Assembly: GCA_965240325.2 (NCBI GenBank)
Contig: OZ251248.1
Span: 558,001 to 622,000 of the forward strand
Direction: 5' to 3'
DNA from: Rebecca billardiae RCC1528
Lineage: Eukaryota; Protista; Haptophyta
DNA: 64,000 bases
Below are positions 18,440 to 27,314 of the stretch, in pieces (position 1 is the stretch's first letter; every line of letters begins with the position of its first letter). A program made the translations under genes and the position numbers. The notes below the pieces were generated by a model. The model was not told where the DNA came from. It did not search any database and worked only from the letters and a program-made list of their open reading frames with translations.

Positions 18440-18620
18440 CGCTTGAGCGGCCAAGAGCGAGGGCACGCAGGCCACCATCGCAGTTTTCGCGTTGCGGAGC
18501 TCGTGCGCCTCGTCGAACACCCAGAGCTGCCGTGGAGAGAGAAAGTACCTGGCCGTTTCAGAGAGCACGAACGCGTGCGCACCCGTCCTGAAGGCGGCGA
18601 TATTCTCGTCCGCTCGGACG
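18440..18620 (-). pseudogene. SNF2-type DEAH helicase fragment (motif II only)
   Basis: LWVFDEAHELRNAKT resembles SNF2 motif II (hhhDEAHxhKN). No Walker A or C-terminal helicase motifs found nearby. Confidence 0.35.
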
Positions 18621-18673
18621 GACCGAGCCGGCGCACTTCTTGATCGGGACCGCAGTTTAGCGCATATCGCCGT

Positions 18674-18727
18674 CCCACTGTATCACCAGCGGTGTCTCTG
18701 GTGATACATCTCTGGTGATACAGTGGG
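18674..18727. repeat. 16-bp inverted repeat with internal tandem duplication
   Basis: CCCACTGTATCACCAG (18674-18689) pairs with CTGGTGATACAGTGGG (18712-18727); TCTCTGGTGATACA occurs twice in tandem. Confidence 0.75.
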
Positions 18728-20079
18728 CTCGGCCCTCAGAGCGTGCACCAGCCCGGCCGGGTCACTAGGAGGGCGCACCGCCGCCGCGTCCTGCGAGTTA
18801 CATCGCGCTTGGCTTTCAAGTTTCGCCGTCGTTTTGGGGAGCTACGTACCCGCATGGCACGTAGCCGAGCCGGGCCTCTCGCCGAGGCTCACCTCGGCTG
18901 CTGCCTCTCGCCGGACGGACGAGTTCAGAGTCCCTCGCCCCCGGTTGCGGGTTGGGGCCGCGGGCCGACACGGACGGGCGGGACCGGAAGTGTAGTCCGG
19001 GTCGGGCTGGCAACCGCGGACCGAGGGCGCGGGCCCTCCTGGACCGTCAAGGCTGTCTTGACGAAGCGGGGAACTGACGATACTGACTATGATCGAGCCA
19101 CACTGCCGCTTGAGCGTGGTCTCGGCTTCGACGACCCGCGCCATGCGGCCAGCCTGCGGGACTCTGAGGCTCGAGCTCACTGCGTCGCGGATATCATCGG
19201 TCCCGCATGAGTACACTCCGGCGGTCTCAGCCGCAGCCGGCACTATATTGGCCGACAACCGACTGTCGGTGCGCGACGCCGGTGATCGACATTAGTTGAT
19301 GCATCGCCGATGAGCAGTTGTCACTGCTATATATATATATACGCTATTATAATAAGGCGCGCAGCGGCACACTCGCCCTCGGGCGAGCAGAGGCGGCCAA
19401 GCTGGTGACCAGCTCTGAGCTCAACGTCTGTGACGTTCTGCTCAGCACTCTAAGAGAGTCAGCGTGTCATCTCTGCGACAGCAGATAGGTCTGAGCAGAA
19501 CGAGGCAGACTCCCACGTCGTGCCTCCACACCCCGCCCGCGCCAGCGCACCCGCCCCTGGAGCTCTTCCCGCTCGTCGACGGCGCTCGGCACCCCGGAGC
19601 CGAAGTGCCCGACCGTGCGCGAGTGCCACGGGCACGGCGCACGATGCAGCGCGGCGCGACGGGCGCGGCGCGGCGCGCTCGGACTTTTCCGAAAGAGGGC
19701 TCCGAGCGTACCGTGGGCCAACGCGCCCACTCGCGGCGCGCTCCGCGCGCGCCCCGCCAAATGCGCGAGGAGCCGCGACGCGCGGGTCGAGATGCTGGGG
19801 TGCTCGGCGCGGCCGTCAACAGGGCCCCCCCGCCCCCCCCCCCGGCGTTGACGAGCGTCCCCGGATTCCATTTTCCGGACTCGCTCCTTGATGCTACGCA
19901 AAGCCGCGGGGGCGGCCGTCGAAACGGACGTGCCCCCCCCCGCGGAATAACTGAATTTGGTCGTGGGGTCCGTTAAAGATATGCCATCATCGTCATATTA
20001 CACCTTGATGACATCGCGTATACCGCCCTTATTGTCGTCTATATATATATATATATATATCATCCGCGAGTCATAACGA

Positions 20080-20479
20080 ATAGGGAAAAGTACCGTTGAT
20101 GGTGGCACTTCGCCGAAAAATTGGTACGGTTGGTGGCGGGTACCGTTGGTGGCACTCCAGCCCAAATTTGGGCCCGTTGGTGGCAGTCGGCCGTGCGGCC
20201 GAAAACTTTCGCGCCTTCGCCGCGGGCGAGAAGGCCGGCGAGCAGGCCGGCACGCTGCGTTGGACGTGCGCGGCTCGCGCGCACGCGCGAGTGCAGGCCG
20301 TGTGTCAGTGGGCGCAGACTCAGCACGGCCGTGCGCGCCATGTCGCGTGCCACCGCCGTGCATGGCGCTCGCACAGCGCCACCATCGCGCCGTCACATGC
20401 GAAAGCAGGGCGGCGGCGCGGCGCGGTGGTGGCGCGCGCCGGGTTGCGCGCACCGCCCCGTGGCAGTGTACGCGGTGGG
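20080..20479 (+). repeat. Left TIR
   Basis: ATAGGGAAAAGTACCGTTG...TACGCGGTGGG is the reverse complement of 23730-24126, apart from a 3-bp indel and at least 1 substitution. Confidence 0.9.
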
Positions 20480-23400
20480 CGACAGCGCGCGTGGCCCGCG
20501 CGGGGCGCGCAGCCGTGCGCCCCGTGGACGCGCCGCAATCGCATGGGACTGAGGCAGGGAAATGTAGACAAGCCATGCATGCATTCTCATGTGGTGCAGC
20601 TGGTGAGTCTGAGGTGGCACTATAGTTTGTGAGGACGCAGGCAGGCGGGCCCCACTTCAAGGCTGTTGGCTACTCTGCTGTGGACTCGTTGACTTCAGTG
20701 GAGCTCGCCTGCAGAGCAGATGGCGTCGATGTTGTGCAACAGGAGGCTGCAAGGGCATTCAATCAAGTGCAGAAGCAGCACTGTGTGCTTGTGCCATCAG
20801 CCAAGGCCAAGTCAGCCCTGAAGGTGTGGGCTCAGCTGCGGGCGTTGGTGCACGCAGTTAAGCGGTCGCTTGTGAGGGGTGGTGCACTTCCTGCAGAGCT
20901 GAGCAAGCGTCTCAAGCGGGACCACTTTTGAGTGGGCCACAGGAACGACGTCCAGCTGTGTAAGCCTCATGTTGGCTCGGACTGCAGTGCAGTGCAGCTG
21001 GCAGCATGGAGTGGTGGAGCCTGGCGCTCAGCTGCGCTGAGCCGGAGAGCCCATTTGGAGCAGCATGTGTGGGGCAGCAGCTGCTGACTGCATTCCCCAC
21101 CGCTGATGAACGCACGTTTGCTGCCTTCCATCCCCGCAATGTGCTACCGCAAGAGCACCTACAGTCCTCTCAACAATTGATTACCCTCTGGAGAGCACAC
21201 CTGCACATCACTACACCTACTCCTGGCTGCCCGTAGTAGGCTTGCATGACGGACACCTGCGGCTAAGGCACTCTCCATTCGGTCGAGCTGCACCCAGCCA
21301 CCCACGCATCATGACGTCAGCCGGGTTGATGACTATTGGAGGACTCCTCTGGGCAGCATGTGAAGCCGGCCAGCTCGGACGTGACCGTTGGCTCCCACAC
21401 CTCTTTCAGCCCAGAGTGTACAGTAGCACAGTGCTCCGCTGATTTTCGTCTGAGCCTTATGTGCTGTGCGACAGGGCATACATACAACAATCAGCAGGTG
21501 GGCCACTGGCAGGCTAGGTGCATCTAGTGCACTGTGGCCGGGCCATTCCGCCCCACCAACCCCTGCAAAGACGTGGCCTGCGCACTGAAGTAGCACTGCT
21601 CAGCGGCCCTAGGCTGTAGTGCTAGGCTGGCTGCTAGGCAGTATCAAAGGCCATGCAGCTGCAGCGCCAGGGCCCGGGTGGATTATTTCCATCATCCCTG
21701 CCTGCCATCGTGGTGGTACAGCGCCCCCTCACAGCACCTGCCCACTGTCAGCAGGTTGTGCACTACCTGAGCACTCAATTTCGATCTCTACTGACTGACT
21801 CAGCCCACACATCACCCGCCCATGCAGCTCATATACCCACCTGGTCTGTAAGGGCTATACGCGCAGTGACAGATAGCATGCAGCAGTGGGCCTCAAGCAG
21901 CATTGATAGAGCTGGTGGTATTATAAACAGTCAAACACAATAAGGTTAATCAATTGTTGAGGGCACTGTACTCAGACGATGGCGATTGCGCACCAGCAGC
22001 AGTGAGCATGTGGCGGTCAAAATGGGCCTCTGGTATATCACCATCCACGACTCATCACTGTGGGCAACAGCGCCAGCAGCCTGATGAAGAACCTGGACAG
22101 CAGCGACCCCGAGTCTAAGCGATTTGCTGCTGAACGGCCTGCAGTCGTGCGCCAGCTGGACCTGCAGAGCAGCCATCAGCAGGTGCTGCAAGCTGCAGTT
22201 GTGGTGGCAGCAGTGCTGCGTGCAACGGCGGCGGCGGCGGCGGCACAGCTGAAGTGGCTGCTGCTGCTGTGACGGAGGTTGAGGACGGGGGCTGCCTCGC
22301 GGCACGCGGCGGCAGCGGCACTGACTGCAGCGGCGCGGCGGTAGTGGCGGTGGCGTCGGCACCGGCTGAGGTGGTGGCTGAGGGTGGCAGCCGCTGCGCT
22401 GCGCGTGGCGACGGCGGCACCTGCGGCACCATTGGCGGCGGTGGCGGCGCTCAGGATGGCAGCAGCAGCCGCTCGGCGCCGCTCGGCGGGGACGGGGGCG
22501 GGGGTGACGGCGGCGGTGGCGGCGGCGGCTGCACCGGCTAAGGCGGTGGCTGAGGCTGAAAGTGGCAGCCGCTGCGCGGCGGGTGGCTGCGGCGGCACCG
22601 GGGCACCGGCTGCGGCGGTGGTGGAGCTCAGGTGAGTCAGGGTGGCAGCAGCTGCGGCTCGCAGCGAGGCGGCGGAGGCGGGGGCGGCGGGGGCGGCTGC
22701 AACGACGGCGGTGGCGGTGGCGGATGTGGTGGATTGAGCTGATGGTGGCAGCAGCTGCGCGGAGCGCAGCGGCACCGGTGGCGGAGGCGTCGGCACAGGC
22801 GCCGGCACACCGCGTGGTGTGCGCAGGCCATCAGCGCGAGCCGGCGCCACTACGTTGCGGCCGCGCACAGCCAATAGCAGCGCGTCAGCGAGGCGCGCAG
22901 CTGCGCACCCCGCGGGGCCACGCGCGCTGTCGCCGCGCACTACGTCCAAGAGACGGGAACCGCCCAGCGCGGTGCGCGCAGCCCGGCCCGCACTAACCGC
23001 ATGCAATTGTGGTGCGCTCGCGCCGGCGCGCACAGGGGTGCGCGCACCGCGTCAAGTGGTGCCCGCGTGGCGGTGGTGATGCGCGGTGCGGTGGGCGACA
23101 GCGCGCGTGGCCCGCGCGCGGCTCGCAGCCACGCGCAGCCGCGCGCCCAGCGGGAGCACCGCCATTGCGCGTGCGCATCGCCATCGCACGGCGCGCGGCC
23201 GCGCCGCGGCGCCAGTGCGGGCCGGGCTGCGCGCACCGCGTTGGGCGGAGTGCGCACCGCGGCGCGGCCGCGCGCGCCCCACACAATGGCGGCGCTTCTG
23301 CGGGACGTGCAGCTGCGCGCCTCACACGGGCCACGCGCGCAGTCTCCCGCCGCGCCGCGCATCACCACCGCCATGCGGGCACAACTTGACGTGGTGCGCG

Positions 23401-24128
23401 CAGCCCTGCGCGCGCCGGCGGCGCGCTCTGGCGCTGATGCGCGACGCACGCACACGCGCGTGCGTGGCCGGCCCACCATTGCGAGCACGCGCCGCGGCGC
23501 GGCCGCGCGCGCGCCGCGCGACGGCGGCGCGTCCACGGGGCGCACGGCTGCGCGCCCCGCGCGGGCCACGCGCGCTGTCGCCCGCCGAGCCGCGCATCAC
23601 CGCCACCATTACGCAATGCGCACAGCCCTGTGGGGCCGCAGCGCCGCAGCACGGCCGTGCGCGCGCGCAATTGCGGCGCGTTCACGGAGCGCGCGGCTGC
23701 ACGCCTCGCAAGGGCCACGCGCGTCGCCACCCACCGCGTACACTGCCACGGGGCGGTGCGCGCAACCCGGCGCGCGCCACCACCGCGCCGCGCCGCCGCC
23801 CTGCTTTCGCATGTGACGGCGCGATGGTGGCGCTGTGCGAGCGCCATGCACGGCGGCGGCACGCGACATGGCGCGCACGGCCGTGCTGAGTCTGCGCCCA
23901 CTGACACACGGCCTGCACTCGCGCGTGCGCGCGAGCCGCGCACGTCCAACGCAGCGTGCCGGCCTGCTCGCCGGCCTTCTCGCCCGCGGCGAAGGCGCGA
24001 AAGTTTTCGGCCGCACGGCCGACTGCCACCAACGGGCCCAAATTTGGGCTGGAGTGCCACCAACGGTACCCGCCACCAACCGTACCAATTTTTCGGCGAA
24101 GTGCCACCAACGGTACTTTTCCCTATGG
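20083..24128. mobile_element. Non-autonomous long-TIR DNA transposon (Mutator/foldback-like), about 4.05 kb
   Basis: About 400-bp near-identical inverted termini; 9-bp direct repeat TAACGAATA at 20074-20082 and 24129-24137; subterminal repeats; no intact transposase ORF. Confidence 0.8.
23730..24126 (-). repeat. Right TIR
   Basis: Ends CAACGGTACTTTTCCCTAT; mirrored identical ORF translations at 20121+ and 23609-. Confidence 0.9.
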
Positions 24129-24346
24129 TAACGAATATCATAGACGACACTTTTGCCGCCTGAACGGCTGAATCTCGTAGTATGATCTCAGCAGGCAAAG
24201 CGGACGGATCATCATTCATATATGAATACAGATGATGAGCGTCTACCTTGAACCGCCGGAAATTGTTATTATTATTCGTTCGCTCACAATATCTGTTCGT
24301 CGCTCTCGTCAGCAGCGCCCGCCGGCGCGGGCCCGCCAACGCCGCT

Positions 24347-26476
24347 ATGCCATTCGGCGCCGTGCAGCGGGCGCTCGTCCTCCTCGCGGGTGGCATGCTG
24401 CCGCTCGCGATCGGCGAGCGCGCCGCGACGTCTCCAGGCCATGCGGAGCATCCCCGCCCGACGAGCCCCACGGGAATGGGCGCGCTGAAGCAGCGGTACG
24501 CGCGCGCCGGGAGCTGCCGATGCGCTGCAGGACAGCGCCGCCGCGCGGCCGCGCCCCGCCGGCCCGCACCTCGGGTAAGCCCCCCATGTGGTACTACGCG
24601 CGCTGGTCCTCGCCGTGCACGCGCTGCGCAGGCGTGGCCGCGCACTTCAGGTGACGTACACGGGCAAAGACGGCGGGGACGGCAGCCCTGGGGGGGACGG
24701 CGCCGATCGGACCAACACGTACACAGGGACAGCCGGCGACGACAACTTTGAGGGAAGCGGAGGCGGAGCTCACGGCAGCGGCTACGACGGTGGCAACGTC
24801 GACAACAACTTCTATGTGCGTGTGACGCAGCCATGCCCAGCGGCGCTGCCTGTGCCCCTGCGCGCGGTCAGACATTGGCGCGCACGGCACGCATGATGGG
24901 GCGCCGCACCGTCCAGCAGGCTGAATGGCCGCATGGCGGGCTGCCGTCCACTCGGACTGGCTGACAGCTACTTCCCTGCCCGCCAGCAGACACACGCACC
25001 CGCTCGCCATCGGTTCACACGCGCCCTGGCGTCCCCCGGCTGCGCCAACGCGGCCCATCCTCGGCGGTTGCCATCTCCCTCGCGCGCCGCGCTGCGCGCA
25101 CGTGCACACTCTCGTGCACGATGACGCAGGGCGGTGCAGGTAATGACTTCTTTAGAGGGAACGTCGGAGGCTCTAGCGATGTGTCGATGGGCTATTATGG
25201 AGGTGAGGCCGTCAACAGATTCTTCGGACAGGATGGCGACGACGTCTTCATTTCGGGAAAGTCTTCGGGCGTCCGCGTGACGACGAACGCTTTCTACGGT
25301 GCGCGCGCGTGCCCTCGGCCTCGATGCGATCGGTCGATCGACGATCGGCCTGCTGCCTGCCGCCCACTGCCTGGCTGCAGCTTGTCCGCGTCGAGCCAGG
25401 GGCAGCACCGTGCACAGCTGCTGCTGCTGCTTGCGCATCCGATGCGATCGTGCATGCGCCTTTGCCTGCCATCCGCACGCCTTGCTTGCGCACTGCCCAG
25501 GTGGAGATGGTGACGACAGACTGCAAGTGAATGGTGCGCCGAAGTACTCCAAGAACTACCTTCACGGTACGCGCACGCCACACGCGCCGGTGAAGAAGAA
25601 GTGCTACTGCCGTGGTTGATGCGGCGCGCATGCATGCGCGCTGCGTGCTGCTATCGCTCCAAGCGCCGGTGCGCGCGCCTGCGCGTGCGCCTGCCCAACC
25701 CCGCGCGCAGGGGGCGCTGGCTATGACCGCATCATCGCCGCTGGCGAGTACCACGACAGCGCCCTCAAGTCTGCTGGATACTTCACCAGGGTCTACGCGG
25801 TCGACGGCGAGTTCGACAACATCCTCGCGATCGACGGTCAGTACGACAAGATCTATGCGGACGCTGGCGACTTAGTTAACGCGGACCCGGGCGATTATGT
25901 CTTTCGAGCTGTCCCATCGCCACCGCCGCCGACATCGCCACCGCCATATGCGCCGCCGCCGCCGTCACCACCGCAGCCTTGTGGCCTAGTGTGCTTCGTC
26001 ACGGTGTGCGCGTGTCGCGCCCAGCCGTGTGCGCGCACCCATGTGCTCCGGTGGCGTGGGATCTCCAGAGTCGCGCCCCGCGCGCGCGCGTGCTCAGCCG
26101 ACGCCCTTCCTTCCCACCTTGACGTCTGTCTGCCGCGCTGCCCCCGGGGTCGACTGCGCACGCAGCGGGCAGCCGTTCGGCTGGTTGTGTACAAGGCTGT
26201 GATTTGCTTCCTCTTTAACAACTGCCCGACCGGGCGACCGGCGTGCACTCGTTCAAGCCCTCGTCCCGCTTCCTCGCGCTGGCGTCAGACGATGAGGCCG
26301 TCCTGGGTACGGCGACACTGCTCGTCGCCGGCGCACTGGGCACCGCGCTCGTCCTCGCGCTCGTCCTCGTCGCTGCTCGCCGCCGCCGCCTGCCTGCTGC
26401 CGCTCGGGCCATTTTCAAGGACACGCCTGTTCAGGGTGGCGTGACTCCGGTTGCAGCCACCCGTCCCAGCCCCTAA
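24347..26476 (+). CDS. Multi-exon secreted/membrane protein with RTX (hemolysin-type) Ca2+-binding GGxGxD motifs, Pro-rich stalk and C-terminal TM; last exon frameshifted
   Basis: Signal peptide MPFGAVQRALVLLAGGMLPLAIG. GT-AG-bounded exons at about 24347-24574, 24651-24815, 25130-25298, 25501-25566, 25711-26003 and about 26166/26196-26476. Motifs GTAGDDNFEG, GGAGNDFFRG, GQDGDDVFIS, GGDGDDRLQV, GGAGYDRII; stalk PSPPPPTSPPPYAPPPPSPP; TM VLGTATLLVAGALGTALVLALVLVAARRRR. Confidence 0.75.
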
Positions 26477-26927
26477 CCTAGACGTCGTGCGGACGAAAAT
26501 ACTACGCCTCGCCTCGTCGCGCCATCACATCTGACCTCGTTTGACCAAGTTTGACCTGCACGCTCGTCTCGCACTCCCGGACGCCGTGGCAAGCGCGCCG
26601 GACAGCCGCCGCCCCCTGCCGCTCAGCCGGTTGGTGCCGGCCGCCGGCCACGGCCACCTCACGTGCCGTACGTACGTGCGGCCCGGCGCCTTCCGGCAGC
26701 ACGCGTGCCTGCTGCGCCGCCTTTACGCGCCAGCAGCTCTGCTGCTTGATCAGGGAGGCTGTGCCCTCACTCCAGACGTCCCCAGAGCAGTCGGCCCCGC
26801 CCGCCCCGCGGGCGGACATGCAGTTAGACACCGCCTCGGCCTGCGGGGCACGCGGCATCGGAGTCACTGAGTCAGAGTGGCATCGCGAATCATAAGACTC
26901 GGATACGACTGACTATACCGCCGCGAA

Positions 26928-26929
<2 letters not shown>

Positions 26930-27000
<71 letters not shown>
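26930..27000. repeat. (TA)n/(TATG)n microsatellite
   Basis: Direct reading. Confidence 0.95.
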
Positions 27001-27002
<2 letters not shown>

Positions 27003-27314
27003 AAGGAATCGCCAATCTACAGTGATTTCCAATTTCCAATCCAACATTTTACTCGCAGTCACACAGTGGCGGCGCGACCGCTGCGGCGGCGCTCGCACAA
27101 AATCCTCCAAAATCAACCTGAACCTCATCCTAAAATACAGCAGGACAGCATGGCTGGCGGCGGCATCTCGAAGTATTCCAGATGATCGATTATTCTGAAT
27201 GAACGCGGAAACATGAGCCGAGCACCACGAACAAGCTGTGCTCTCCACCGCAACAAGAGCCGAAGCCGTCGACCGACCTCGCGACCGTCAAGCCTCGAGA
27301 CGCGTTCCCTAACA
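26998..27314 (+). repeat. 5' LTR (317 bp)
   Basis: Matches the 3' LTR except TA for the terminal TG and a 7-bp insertion (CGATTAT). Confidence 0.9.

Noticed and set aside
19340-19980. Possible transposon end with C-runs and TTAA
   Set aside because: No matching opposite terminus or TSD found in the window.
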